A stretch of 64,000 bases of DNA from Sporopachydermia quercuum (taxonomy: Eukaryota): NCBI GenBank assembly GCA_001599295.1, contig BCGN01000003.1, forward strand, positions 806,001 to 870,000, given 5' to 3'. The first letter of the stretch is position 1, and each line of letters begins with the position of its first letter. Below the pieces are notes generated by a model. The model saw nothing but the letters and a program-made list of their open reading frames with translations, was not told the DNA's origin and did not search any database. The position numbers were made by a program, and so were the translations under genes. Of the stretch, positions 48,534-60,964 are shown piece after piece.

Positions 48534-51065
48534 ATGGGTTTTCAAGATCAAACCACATTCAAAGATGCTTTGGATATTGGTTTATCATCAGAGATCATTC
48601 ATGAGCTACAAGCAGAAACCTCCGAAAATGGTGACATCACATCAGATATAGAACTGGACATTGACCCTGGTTTGTCTGGTGTACCATTGGGATCTACGCA
48701 AGAAACAGTTGAGTCAGAAACTACTAGCGATGACGATTATCAGAGAAAGCTTGACGAACGAGCTCAACAATTATCAAGAGATGCTTACAATCAGATACCT
48801 AGAGTAGAATTCAACTACACTGACAGTCCATGTTTGAGAACACAGCTTGAAGAGTGGTTTGTATATGAAGACAGAACTATATTTGCTGATTTAAAAACGG
48901 TATATGAGTTAGTGATAGAAGTAAAATGGAAAACTTTAAACCAAGATGCAAAGGAAGGTTTAATTGCTGATTTACTATACGATTTAGAGAATGCTGATCT
49001 GTCAAAGCAGAAGATCTCTTTGCAGATATTATTGTATATTATAATGGGTGTCTATGGCGAAGTAGAGTCTGTTGAAAGTCAAATTGACAGTATTAAACAG
49101 AATGCGAAACTTCTAGCTGAGATGTCTATTCTAATTCCTTTGTATGACTTGATTAGGTTCTATTTAGTATATTCTCAGTCAGATGAAAGCACAGACCTTG
49201 AGAACCCCCAGCAAGAGAACAGTTTTGCACTAGTAGACCTGAATCAATTTTATGGCATGACAATAATGTATTTTCTCGTCTGCGTTTTAAGAGATAATGA
49301 AGCATTCATTGATGAGTTAGATGCACTAGAAATACCTATATTACCGTTCCTTATCGAACGTACGAACAAATTACGTTGGGAAGCTACAAACGAAATTCCG
49401 TTGCGAAATATTACTTTGTTATGCTGGAGACTTATCCAATGTTTATTTGGAGATTTGGAGAAGCTATCTAAGACAAAGGCATATTTGCAAAAGCTTCATC
49501 ATGTAGAAAAGGATAAAGGATCCAAGCTGAATGATGCTTCACCTTTAGACTATCATGCGTTTAGGAAAGACATCACATCACGATACCCGACTTATATTCC
49601 ACCACCTTCTCGCCTGCCTGATAGTTTGGAAAACTCGCAAAGCATTTCTTACTTCATTCAAGTTCCTAGACCTATTACTGAACAGACATCTGTTATGGGT
49701 TTACCAACACCGCCTATCAACATAGCAACACCAGCACCATCTCCACCATTTGTCCCTACACCAATTCCTGGTCAGAAGGCCAAACGATCAACATTTCAAA
49801 CCAATCAGAGTGTTCCTTTGATTTATCCCATGAAAGATAGTGTACCGTACAGCATAAAAGAAGCGTGTGAGATCTTTTCAACCAGCATAAGAACAAGTTT
49901 ACCCATAAGACAACTCTGGAATGAGCGTGAACTTTTCATGAAACAAGAAAGAGGCTGGGTTCCATCAATTGATGAAGTTGATGATAAATTCTCGCAGGTT
50001 TTAATACAAGATGACTCTGATGATGACAACAGCTTACTGCACATACAATATGAGAAAGAAAGGAAAGCTCTTTTGAGAATTGAAACGTTTTATGGACTGA
50101 TTTTACCTTCGTTGAGTTCTTTTACTAATGTCCTTATCAAAATAATGGTTGCTAGTTTATTCAAAGGAAATGACACATCTGATGGATCATTGATCCTGAA
50201 ATCTGACAGGTCTCAAGAGCTTTCCAAACAAGATATCGATCGTATAAATATTCTAAGGGCAAATCAGATTGTATTAGAAGCATCTTCATCGATTTTGCTT
50301 CTGCTGGCTAAATGGTTCAAATTATCGCATATAATGAAGTTTGAATACTTATCGACTATTATATTTGATTCCAGATTCTATGTATTGGTGCATGGCTATT
50401 GTATGAGACTTGATGATGTTACTGCAAGTGTTGTTTCGCAGTATCAAGTCCCAGGTTACGAAATGTTTGAAGTATGTCGCAGTTTATCAGCTAATCCTAC
50501 TAGCTCAAAAGAAAACTTTGGGTTATTGAAATGCAAAGATTTTACTGGTTATATTTCTATTGATGATGCCAAATTATGTGAAAAGATCCAATGTTTCTCT
50601 TGGTCGTTTATGTTTTCCACTATAAACCTCTTGAAGATAGTTAAAATGACGGTTAGAAAGAAGACTCAACGAATAATGTTTCTTGCGGAGATTAAAGCTT
50701 GCGATTCTTTTAAAAAGCTCCTAAAAGTGTATCAACAAGAACTGTGGCAAGCCACGCTAGGAGTAATCAAACAGGTTGTACCTTATAATGGTAGGAAATG
50801 GAAAATTTCTAATATGGATTTAATCTCAGCAATATTCTTACATTGTAAACTAGGATTACGTGATGATTGGTTAACAGGTAATGATATAAATGGAGAGTTA
50901 GAAGATGCGTATCCTCAAGAAGTTGCCATGCGAGCATTGACTCAGTTTTATAATTTCCGCAAGTATCCTGATAGAATGACAAGTTTAGGATATGAGAAGA
51001 AAGATGTTGATTTTTTCACTCAGGAATTAGAAGGCATGGCTTGGGAAAATGGTATTAAAAAGTGA
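48534..51065 (+). CDS. FAR11: STRIPAK/FAR complex subunit Far11 (STRIP1/2, N1221-like)
   Basis: ASPLDYHAFRKDITSRYPTY.PP, IATPAPSPP, FQTNQ, VPYSI.EA, KWFKLSH..KFEYL, NMDLISAIFL, LRDDWL.G motifs. Confidence 0.93.
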   Translation: MGFQDQTTFKDALDIGLSSEIIHELQAETSENGDITSDIELDIDPGLSGVPLGSTQETVESETTSDDDYQRKLDERAQQLSRDAYNQIPRVEFNYTDSPCLRTQLEEWFVYEDRTIFADLKTVYELVIEVKWKTLNQDAKEGLIADLLYDLENADLSKQKISLQILLYIIMGVYGEVESVESQIDSIKQNAKLLAEMSILIPLYDLIRFYLVYSQSDESTDLENPQQENSFALVDLNQFYGMTIMYFLVCVLRDNEAFIDELDALEIPILPFLIERTNKLRWEATNEIPLRNITLLCWRLIQCLFGDLEKLSKTKAYLQKLHHVEKDKGSKLNDASPLDYHAFRKDITSRYPTYIPPPSRLPDSLENSQSISYFIQVPRPITEQTSVMGLPTPPINIATPAPSPPFVPTPIPGQKAKRSTFQTNQSVPLIYPMKDSVPYSIKEACEIFSTSIRTSLPIRQLWNERELFMKQERGWVPSIDEVDDKFSQVLIQDDSDDDNSLLHIQYEKERKALLRIETFYGLILPSLSSFTNVLIKIMVASLFKGNDTSDGSLILKSDRSQELSKQDIDRINILRANQIVLEASSSILLLLAKWFKLSHIMKFEYLSTIIFDSRFYVLVHGYCMRLDDVTASVVSQYQVPGYEMFEVCRSLSANPTSSKENFGLLKCKDFTGYISIDDAKLCEKIQCFSWSFMFSTINLLKIVKMTVRKKTQRIMFLAEIKACDSFKKLLKVYQQELWQATLGVIKQVVPYNGRKWKISNMDLISAIFLHCKLGLRDDWLTGNDINGELEDAYPQEVAMRALTQFYNFRKYPDRMTSLGYEKKDVDFFTQELEGMAWENGIKK

Positions 51066-51708
51066 TACTTGCTTAGCTTATTAGTCTTCTGGAGTGTATG
51101 AAATGCTTATGTATGTATGTGTATATAGTGATGATGTGAGTATTAAATAAAGTGCATGATTTTTTGTCGTGTTTAGCTAAACAATAAAGCGTTTATCGTG
51201 CATGTATATCAGAATATCTATCTGTACAGCACGGTGAATATATAACAGAATTCAGCATTGTTCTGCTTCACGTTGGCTGGGTTGGCCTTATAGATGCTGC
51301 GAACAAATTAATAGCTTCGTATATGCCTACAGAATCACTCATCAAATTGATACAAAACAGGATATTTGACTGGAAAATGTTGAATTTTCCTTCCAAAATG
51401 TGTTTCGAGAGAAGAATTCTCTCTATGGTCAATATCAACTAGTGCATCAAGAGTGTCCTTTGATGCGAAGTTCATTTCGTTCGACAAGTCAACTACTAAA
51501 ATACGAGTTAAGTCAGGAGAATTCCCTATTCCCCTGAATAAACAATTGTCAAAGTAAATTTGTTACCTTCCCATTCTGATAAAATAGCTGAGCTTATCGT
51601 TAAGTATTAATAATAACAAAGATAACTTTCGTTGTATCACCAATTGAATTTACAACTCATTTGATTCGTTATTGGCAACAGTTTGCTAATTCTTCACAAA
51701 TCTTCCAT

Positions 51709-52255
51709 CTAAAATCTATGCCTAGTCGAATAATCCTTTGGACTAACAACCAAACCTTTGCCTTTTCTTGCTCCACGATACACTGTCTCGATAATATCGA
51801 TCATTTCTTGTTTATCATCTAGAAGGAAGTTCAACTTATTGTTGTTACCAGTACCGAAGTCACACAGCATATGTTTATTCCTGAAGAAAAACATTACTGC
51901 CACAGGATCATATAGTTCCCATAATTGATTGAAATCAGGCACCTGTTCAATATCGCAGAGATATACCACTGCAAACTTCCGTACTTTCTCTGCAATTCCA
52001 AATAGCATATCATCCATCATCATGCATTCAGGATCCTAAAGAAATTGTTAGAACATTGCTCATAATAATTGTCTAACAGCGATCTGTGTCGTACTAAATC
52101 ACTAAAAGAAAAAATTGGCTCATCTCTTTATACGTGTTCCCTTTGCTTACTTTATCCTTACCGAATCGAATAACAACGAGTCGATCCTCTTCGGAGAGAA
52201 TGGCTTGATCCACATGCCACCCTGTTCTCAAATGTGGTAAAAAAATACTTCCCAT
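51709..52255 (-). CDS. DIB1: U5 snRNP protein Dib1/Dim1; exons 52255-52151 and 52035-51709
   Basis: MGSIFLPHLRTGWHVDQAI…VVIRFG, DFGTGNNNK, GKGLVVSP. Intron 52150-52036 (GTAAGC…CTAAC…TTTAG). Confidence 0.96.
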
Positions 52256-53133
52256 ACTGCCAAATATAGTTGTATTATGATTAAATTTTATGAGTATAAT
52301 AACGAACTTTTTGGCAAAAATACTGGAATCAATTGATTTCAATAATCCAACTTAATGCCTGTATAAAACCATGTGTTTTTCTACGGTTTCGTTTACGATT
52401 ACTTGAAATCCAGCACATATATCAAGGCTCTCTAGCTAGTTTGTACCTTTTAGAACCAACAGATCTATCAATCTGATACGTCTTTCCTATTTCTCAATCC
52501 TTGTTGTATACCATAGTAATCATTGCTGTAGTGAAGGGAACAAGAAAGAAGAGTGACTAACAGCAAGAATAGCCAACAATACAATATCGTTTCTTTACCT
52601 CAATAAAATAAATCTCGAGAAGTAAATATTCATTACGTGAACGGCTATATTATTCATGATGATATAATCACCTAACTCAAAGTGAGATTTCATGTTTGCA
52701 AACTAATTTTCCTTTTCTGATTGGCTCATAAAGATATTTTGTTAACATGTCGTTCTTGTCTTTGCTTTACTGGGGAGGTGAATTCTGGGAGTTGATTTTT
52801 TCATAGCGGTGTGTAAATAACAACTTATCGTTGAATAATCAATAGTTACTTTACTAAATTGTAATTCTATCGTTGTGAGTCTTGTCTTTGAAAGGGAATT
52901 AGTAGTATCAAATTGACTTTGAGCGTCTAATAGGCTGTTCNTGTAAACTAGCTTCAAGAACAAAAGACAAACAAACAGGTTGATCAGTTAGCTGTAAAGA
53001 AGGTAATTTAGTTCCAGAATAATATTTCTTCACTTGCCAGTAAGAAGACATTGATATTAGGAAGTAATATCAACAGGGAAACTAGAAGATACTAAGGGAA
53101 AAGAAAAATAAATCACTAGTTAAAACCGGCAAT

Positions 53134-53757
53134 ATGACTGAATCTGAACCAATTCCTCAAACATCACCATATCACTTCCTCAAATTTGGAGTGAGAGATT
53201 ACGGACACTTTGAACCCAAAGACACAATCAGTATTACTATAGATACGGGATTTGTTTCAACAATAGCTGGTGTTGTTGCAGCTGTTGCTAAAACAAAGCT
53301 TTCAAAGCCATCATACGGAACATCTGGTGCTTTTCTAAAGAATGCTCCTTATATTGGTTACTTTGCAGCTTGTGGTGCTACATTTGCTTTCGTTCAATCC
53401 TCATTAGCAAATTTGAGAGAAAAAGATGATGGTATCAATTCATTCTGGGGTGGTGTTGCCGCAGGTGCTATCATCGGTGCTAGAAAAGGAAGATTTGGTC
53501 CTCTTTTAATTACTTCTACTTGTGTTGGTGTTATCATGGGTGTCTATTCATGGTCTGGTGGTTTGTTAGGTTTACGTGAAGAATCTCTTGAATATCATAA
53601 GAAGAAGAATGCAGACTACGACAGAAGGGAATTGCCTGATGGTGAAGAGATGAGATTATGGGATACATTACACAGAGTTCCTCTATCGCAAACCATCAAA
53701 GAATTGGGACCTGGAAGAGGTATTCCTGATAGATTACCAGCTCCCAAGGAAGAGTAA
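53134..53757 (+). CDS. Mitochondrial complex I accessory subunit NDUFA11/NUJM (Tim17/22/23 family)
   Basis: F.PKDT, ANLREKDD..N…GG..AGA..G, and C-terminal R.PL.QTI.ELG.GRGI, typical of the fungal 21.3b subunit. Confidence 0.85.
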   Translation: MTESEPIPQTSPYHFLKFGVRDYGHFEPKDTISITIDTGFVSTIAGVVAAVAKTKLSKPSYGTSGAFLKNAPYIGYFAACGATFAFVQSSLANLREKDDGINSFWGGVAAGAIIGARKGRFGPLLITSTCVGVIMGVYSWSGGLLGLREESLEYHKKKNADYDRRELPDGEEMRLWDTLHRVPLSQTIKELGPGRGIPDRLPAPKEE

Positions 53758-54253
53758 AGGTGGTCGGGGTGATAGTGGTAGTGATGTAGATAGTAGGAGA
53801 TGGAAGTATTTTGATATGATATTGATGGAATCCGTACTTGGTTAAGGGAAGTTCATAAATTTTACATCTTTCAAGATTTTTCCTGATGGTATTGTTTGGT
53901 CAAGTTCGAGTTCTGTTTTCATTTTATGTATTTTGGAGTAACTTTGCATTCATTCGCGATTATAATCGATTGTCAACTTCTGACGTAGGTCTTATCTGTA
54001 CTATGTATATTACTTCACTGTAATGCAATACCTTGAAGATAATTGTATAAAACTTTCCTCACTCTTTGATGCATAGTCAATAAATTTGATACTAATAATT
54101 GAGTTTGTAGGCTCAAGGAATAGTAAGCCGTAAAGTTACGTGGAGGAATGAATAATTTCAATATGATATTTAAATGAATATGTACATGGGCTATTCTTTT
54201 CAAACACTTTCCTATATAATAAAGCGTCTATCCTTGACCATTTCTCAAAATGT

Positions 54254-54853
54254 TTATTTCTTCTTCTTATTCTTTGTTCTTTTGAATAGAGAACCAGATT
54301 TAATGTTCTTACCAGTTGAAATGAGATCAAGGTAAGCGTCCATTGCGGACTGAGGTTCGACACTTTCTGATTCTCCTTCCTGAGCTCCCTGAGTTTCTGA
54401 TACTTCTTCAGTTGATTCTTCAGTAGCTTCTGGTATTTCTGATACAGTATCCAAATGAAATTTCTTCATAAATAATTCTTTCTTTTTTGTTGCATCAAAA
54501 TCTTCCTCACTCAAATCAAGACGTGATGGATTATACACAGCATTATTCCTTATATCAGTAACCGTAGATAACTCAACTCTTGGTAGTTGTGATCTTCTGG
54601 TAATAGTAGAACCGTCAGTTAATTTCACAACAGTGTCAAATGTATAATAAATCCTGCTTCTAGCTCGGCCAGGTAAAACTTTGGTTCGTTTTCTGGTCTC
54701 CAACTTCACGGTTGGCTCTCCCTCTTCTGATTTCCTGGGTTTTCCCTTTGCTACAAAACTAGCATATCTTACTGGTGTTGAACACAATGCACCCCCATTA
54801 GATAATCGGCTAATAACCGACGTCTGTTTGCTTACTTGCTGTAATAAACTCAT
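54254..54853 (-). CDS. MRPL36: Mitochondrial ribosomal protein bL31m
   Basis: Presequence; PGRARSRIYY.F…V.LTDGS…RRSQ.P, D.RNN..YNPSR; lysine-rich C-terminus. First ATG is at 54853. Confidence 0.88.
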   Translation of the reverse strand: MSLLQQVSKQTSVISRLSNGGALCSTPVRYASFVAKGKPRKSEEGEPTVKLETRKRTKVLPGRARSRIYYTFDTVVKLTDGSTITRRSQLPRVELSTVTDIRNNAVYNPSRLDLSEEDFDATKKKELFMKKFHLDTVSEIPEATEESTEEVSETQGAQEGESESVEPQSAMDAYLDLISTGKNIKSGSLFKRTKNKKKK

Positions 54854-55528
54854 AGTTCCTGTTATACAACTTTTAATGCTGTGATACGATGTCAAACAAC
54901 AGTAATCAACCTTTATGATGATGCACTACTGCTGTGAACCACTTTTTCCTTGTGCCCAGTCTCCTTATAGCCACAGCAATATGCTTAGTTTTGTTAGGGT
55001 GTAGGTTTGTAAGCAATTAGCAATAGATAAATATTAATTACAATTATTGCTGTCTCTATATATATTGTGGTTGATCATAGTTATCATTTTTCAGTTTCTG
55101 TGCCGAGTTACTTTTTGACACAAATCGCATTAAAGAAAACACCCACACAACACACAGTTACCCGGCCAACTGACGCTTCGTATGAACCAAATCCTTCATA
55201 GTGAAAAATAACGGATTCTTCATTTTACTTATGATTTATATTGATGGTTGATATATATGCCTACGGATGGTATTGTATAAGGTGTTCAGTATAGTGACAA
55301 AGTGACAGTACTTATAGCAATAAGCGTCGCTGTACAAAGGTATCCTTGTTTGGAATCAATCTGTATCATTTACCAAGCTATAACCGGTTTTTAATAATAT
55401 AGAGATACAGAAATCACCAAACTATCCATCCATCCACCATCAAGTAGGACGGACAGTAGGTAGAGTGAGTGATTGTATATTTTGTATATTATATACATAC
55501 TACTTGATTACAACATTATTAGATACCA

Positions 55529-56680
55529 ATGTCAATTTATCAATCGCTGACGAGATCATTAACTTGGTCAGCAGATCTGCTGTCGGGAAGATCTACAGCA
55601 TGCGTTAGCCCTTTATTCATCCAAATCAGAACTGCTACAAAGCGAGCTGCTGGTTCAAGGACTAGTAATAAAGATTCCAGAGGTAGAAGACTTGGTGTGA
55701 AGGTTAACGATGGTGAACTAGTTAAACCAGGACAAATTATCATGCGACAAAGAGGTACGAAGTTCTTTCCTGGTGAAAACGCATGGATTGGAAAAGATCA
55801 CACAATTTTTGCATTGGAACCTGGTTACGTTAGGTTTTACAGAGATCCATTCCACCCATTGAGAAGATTTGCTGGTGTAGCTCTGAGACATGATTTGCGA
55901 TTACCCACACCTCATTTCGAGCCAAGAGTGAGAAGATTTGGTTATATTCCTATTGAAGATGAAGTTGAGAAGGCCAAAGAGCGAGATAATATGAGTCGAA
56001 AGGAGTTTTTGAACTCACCCGCATTGAAAGAAGAGTTAGCAAATCGAGAAGCTAGGAGACAAGACACAATGAAAAAACTTGGTGAGGAGGCTAGTGGTCT
56101 TGCTGGTTTAACACCAGAAGAAAGTGCTGTAGCTGGTGAAAGATTATATAAGATCAAACAGTATATCAGTGGTGGAAGAAGTGAAGAAGAATCAAAGCAT
56201 ACAATTTCTTTCCTTTATGGACATTCATTGAAATTAGCAATGCAAAGAGGTGAAATCACTGAGGCTGAAAGTAAGGAGAAACTCAATTTCTATAACAGCG
56301 TTTGTGAAAAGTTGAATACTGGAGTTATGTTTGATGCCGATAGGAAGATCATTAAGTACATCTCACCTGAAGACATTGTTTCTATGAAGAAAGAAAATAT
56401 TGCTAAAATGATTGACATTTTCAATAGTGGAATTCCCGCTGCCGAAATCAGACAACTAGTCATTCCTTTGGCTTCGGCTCCATGTTTCACATTATCTGAA
56501 AGAGTTAAGCTAATGAGAAGATACGCTAAGAAGGTGTTGCCTGAATATATGGATAAAAAGTATACTAAGGAAGGTGAAACTCTTGGTCCTAAATCCAAGG
56601 ATATTAAGGTGATAAACCGTTGGAATTATGACACTCGTAAACTTGAAAGAGTTGTGCGTCCATTGGACGTTTTTGCTTAA
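55529..56680 (+). CDS. MRP7: Mitochondrial ribosomal protein bL27m
   Basis: ATKRAAGSRT…DSRGRRLGVK, GQIIMRQRGTKF.PGEN, GKDHTIFALEPGYVRFY.DPFHP. Confidence 0.95.
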   Translation: MSIYQSLTRSLTWSADLLSGRSTACVSPLFIQIRTATKRAAGSRTSNKDSRGRRLGVKVNDGELVKPGQIIMRQRGTKFFPGENAWIGKDHTIFALEPGYVRFYRDPFHPLRRFAGVALRHDLRLPTPHFEPRVRRFGYIPIEDEVEKAKERDNMSRKEFLNSPALKEELANREARRQDTMKKLGEEASGLAGLTPEESAVAGERLYKIKQYISGGRSEEESKHTISFLYGHSLKLAMQRGEITEAESKEKLNFYNSVCEKLNTGVMFDADRKIIKYISPEDIVSMKKENIAKMIDIFNSGIPAAEIRQLVIPLASAPCFTLSERVKLMRRYAKKVLPEYMDKKYTKEGETLGPKSKDIKVINRWNYDTRKLERVVRPLDVFA

Positions 56681-57107
56681 ATGGCCCTCTTGAAATTTTT
56701 CACAATCTGTATATATTTTTCTCATTTGGATCCAATAAATACTCGAAATTATTGTAGTTAATGCTAACTTATAGTGATAATGTGATGGTTTCACTGTTTG
56801 GTTTTCGTATATGCTGCTCGCTATTTACTCTTATATTACTACATTTAATTGGAAATCAAACTCGATTTTTCTTCTAAAAGGCTACATTGTTCCATCAAAT
56901 AGTCAATTATTTGTTAAATACTAACGTATTATTTTATTCAAATTAATCATTAATTATGGGGAGTTAATTATTCACATTGTACATACCATACCCCTTGGTA
57001 TGAAGATAGTTCATGGTCTCATTACATCAGTGGCTACTGAAACCAATAAGTCATTAAAATAAAAATCAGAAAAATCAACAGAAATAATCAGATTGATCGA
57101 TTCTAGT

Positions 57108-57974
57108 TCAGGCTTGAACTTCGGTTTCGCCTGAAGTTCTTGGTTCTTCAGTTACATGATGTTCCTTATGGAATATAGGTAAAAGCTTTGACTCAAACTT
57201 GGTACCGGCTAAAATAAACCATAATGGATAAACAACAAATAAGAAGACATCCAAGATACCGTAGAAAATAGTTTGAGAATCGGGTTCAATAACATTACCA
57301 CCTTCAGATAAGCCAAAGCAAATTGGATATAAGAACCAGAAGAAGGAAACATAGGCAGCAAATTTAGTTAATTGAGACTTGGCTTCATCTGAAACATCGG
57401 CAGCAGCTGTTCTCAAATTAGTAAACAAATTCAAGACAACCAAGAAATAAGCAACAACGCCGAATACAAAATAACCCCACTTGTACGTCGATGTGATCAG
57501 AGAACCAATCAAGAACGTTACAACGTAGACCATTGAAGCAACAACGTTAAAGATCAAATGATGTCTTTCGCAATGAGCTAATAGACATAAGTTAGCAACA
57601 GTGAAGGCAAATGCAAAGAAGTATCCAACATATTGCGAATAAAAGATTTGTCTTGTTGCAGGTACTTCAGAAGGATCCGAAACCGTTGTATGATTGAATT
57701 CAGCTTGAATTGCAGTCCAACCTAAATCAGATGCCATTGTAAAATAAGTGAACATCATAGCAACTGATGTACCTAAAGTATTGTAGAACATTGTTCTTTT
57801 CTCACCAGGTTTCAAATATGTGTAAATAATGTAACCAATGGTTGAGAGTGAGAATAGACAGAACACTGTCCATAACCAATCTGAACCATGATCGGTAATG
57901 TGAATATCAGCACCGAATGGTGGATTTACTTGTACTGCTTCATTACCAGCTTTAACGACAAAATTGTCTGCCAT
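57108..57974 (-). CDS. Opsin-related 7-TM protein (Hsp30/Yro2/Mrh1 family)
   Basis: GNEA..VNPP, ITDHGSDWLW, YFTMASDLGW, RQIFY, YKWGY, LYPI.FGLSEGGNVI.PD, FYGILD. There is no Schiff-base Lys in helix 7 (LDVFLF). Confidence 0.93.
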   Translation of the reverse strand: MADNFVVKAGNEAVQVNPPFGADIHITDHGSDWLWTVFCLFSLSTIGYIIYTYLKPGEKRTMFYNTLGTSVAMMFTYFTMASDLGWTAIQAEFNHTTVSDPSEVPATRQIFYSQYVGYFFAFAFTVANLCLLAHCERHHLIFNVVASMVYVVTFLIGSLITSTYKWGYFVFGVVAYFLVVLNLFTNLRTAAADVSDEAKSQLTKFAAYVSFFWFLYPICFGLSEGGNVIEPDSQTIFYGILDVFLFVVYPLWFILAGTKFESKLLPIFHKEHHVTEEPRTSGETEVQA

Positions 57975-60964
57975 TTTTATTGTTTTCTGTTGTGTTTGGA
58001 TTTAATAGATTTTAACTTCTACTTGATGACTCAAGNTTAGTTGTTTAGTTTTAAGCAGAAATATGCTTTTCTTTCTCTTTCTTCAGAAAATCACTTGTGA
58101 GTATTGATTTTGATTTATAAGATTTTTATCTCTTATGATATTTTTGTTATTCACTTTCTATAATCAATTTCTAATAAAACGTGATTGATTGTAAAATAAG
58201 TAAAATGTAGAAACTATTATAAATATATCAATTAGCTTTTGACCTGAATACCATCAGGCTCTCATTTTATAGCTGTTACCATTTTATCTCAACCGCTTAG
58301 ACAATTACCAATCCCCATGATCATCTATGGATTCCCATACAAATCTCGGATAGCAAATCCTTGCATTCTCGTGAACCGTCTGTCAGATTCTTCGATACAC
58401 TTCTGCCGAAGTACCCAGTTTCACCGATAAGTGTTTATTCCCCTTCCATCGAACAACTTCAACATCATCCTTCTCAGCATCATTCTTCCCAGGATCATGA
58501 GTACCTTCGGATCTTTATAACCAGAGAGACATGTGACTAAAAATGACCAGGGATTCATCGTACATAGATATTGCATAATTGTCTCATATACTATATGTCT
58601 GATTGTGCTTGTGTATGCATCATTGAAAACTTTATTTGAGTTGGCGGTTAAGTATTTCCGACTCACAGGTAATGAGAGATTTGGAAGGGATGAGACAGAC
58701 AAGAAAAACGAGTGTTCAATGGTTATGGATCTACGAAGTAATCAGACATCATGATTCTGTCAATTATTGCAAGAATATATGTACGTGTGCATATCTGTTA
58801 ATCTCACATAATCATCATAGTTGATATGTGGTTGATTTGACTTCTGCAAAAAAATTAGTTTAGGCTACCCACAGCTCAATTGATTCTTTAATCACCTTAA
58901 TTTCATTGAATACATTTTATATAACAGAATGATCTAAAACATGTTTGAGACACATAAATGTTTTGTGATATTTCTGGATTGTATCTAGTTACTTAGAAAC
59001 TACTTCCCGATCCAGATGGGTTGATCGAACCTGTTGTTCGGCGTATCATGCCGTTATGAACACCTTATGCATTACGGCATAACATACATGATTGAATGAA
59101 AGCTCAAGAAGATTCCCTCGTATCATACTTGATGCGTGGTCCTTATATATAATTTTCTTGAATGTTTCTGTTCTCATGAAGCTTTTTTAACGCCTATTGC
59201 CGGGAACCTATCCGCAGGTTATCACTGTTCACCAAACTTTTGTTTCATTATTGGATATAGAAATATGAAACCGAAATTAAGCTGCCATAATTTGATATTT
59301 AATTGAATTAATCAAAAGAAATGCTTATTAATTGACTATTATTTTCCATTCTCTAACAAATCCCCCTTCTTAACGCTTAGAAGAAAGAATCAGATAATAT
59401 TCACATAGAGTATGCACATGGGATTATATTAAGGTTTAACTCCACAACTCAACTGTCAACTTTATCTCTCAGATTCCCTTTTAGATCTTTGCAAAGTAAT
59501 ANAAGCAAAGAAATACTATGTAGATAATCTAGAATTAAATCAATCAAATAAAAATAATGTAATTGCTCTTATGAGGATGGTTTGTGTATTTTTCCTTTTG
59601 CTTCATGTTCACTTTACTGGGTTTATCTTCATCTCTCTTCAAGGTAGGATGTAAGATGTTTTCAAGAACATATTCGCATTTGGTATTGAACCCTGAAAGT
59701 TCAACACCAAATAAATTAAATTACAGGCTAAATTTGCACATGACTATTACCTTATGTACTTCATCAAATAATCATCAGGCCGCTTCTAAATTTTCAACAT
59801 GAAGCACACCAACTAAGCCTCGGATACTAATTAGTCAGTTTTTCTTTAGGGTAAAAGTTTTCTTTCTATTTAGGTACAATTTGATTAATTATTACCATCT
59901 TGAAGGTTCCACTAGTAAATGATGTATGCCACAGGTAACGATACTCCATGCATCAAGTACTGAGATAGATATCAGATCTCAAAATCACATATCAGAAAGG
60001 TATCTGATTGTCAAATTTGCTTTCATCCAAACTGCTGATCACTTATTCATCAGAAGAATTCTTACCCTTGAATAGAGAGATCCAAGTACATGCAATGTAT
60101 TTGCTTCCTCCCCTGCGCAACGCACCTGTCAACAGTTAAAGTGTGAAGATTCACATTTTAGTTCAATCTTACTCCTTTATATGTGGTAGTTCAATAAGTA
60201 AATCCTAACTCTATAACTTGAACTTTATTATATCTACGTTAAATATATTGGAATATGCTCATTGCTTTACTTTCTTTGAAAACAAATTTAACAGCTGGAA
60301 ATTTCCATAACTCCTATAGAATATAACCTATAACTGCTATACGACCAAAGAGCTANTGAATTTTTTTAGTCCCTTCGGCTTTCAGATATATGCCATTTCT
60401 TCGCTTCTCATTTGAAAAAAATAATCCTGATTCACCCTTCCAATTGCTATTAACAAGCTTATCCAACCTTAATCTTAATCATCTACAGTATGAAAGCAAA
60501 TCTTATTCTCTATTCGTACGTAGGGTTGTGAATTACAGATCTCCACTATTCACTTATCTCAAATCGCAGTTGTAGATTGTACGATCTATAATGAGACGGC
60601 CTTCATCAATTATTCTTTTGCTTATTCAAATTGTTCCAAGTTGTATCAGAATTGTCAATGGTATCACTACCGTAATTTACTGAATACACAGTAGTGTTCT
60701 GTAGTCTCTACGCAAGAAGTCTCTCTCCAACGAAAAATAAAACCTGGAGCTATAGAGCAGTTTGAGCCAGTGAACCATTTTGGATGACTTTATCCATAAC
60801 AAAAACCATTATAATACCTGAATGTTTATATGGGCTTAGGACAACTAAAATCACGATTTTCCAGAAGCAAGAGTGTTTGCCAGCAAATGGAAGCTGAATT
60901 TCAAGGGATCGGACAAGCAGCTGAAAGGCAAAGATTCAAAATGAAGAACTGTTTAATATCAACT

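Noticed and set aside
48377..48604. 75-aa ORF overlapping the FAR11 start
   Set aside because: No recognisable protein features; probably upstream of the TSS or spurious.
57108..57974. Light-driven fungal rhodopsin
   Set aside because: Helix 7 lacks the retinal-binding Lys; this is an ordinary opsin-related protein.
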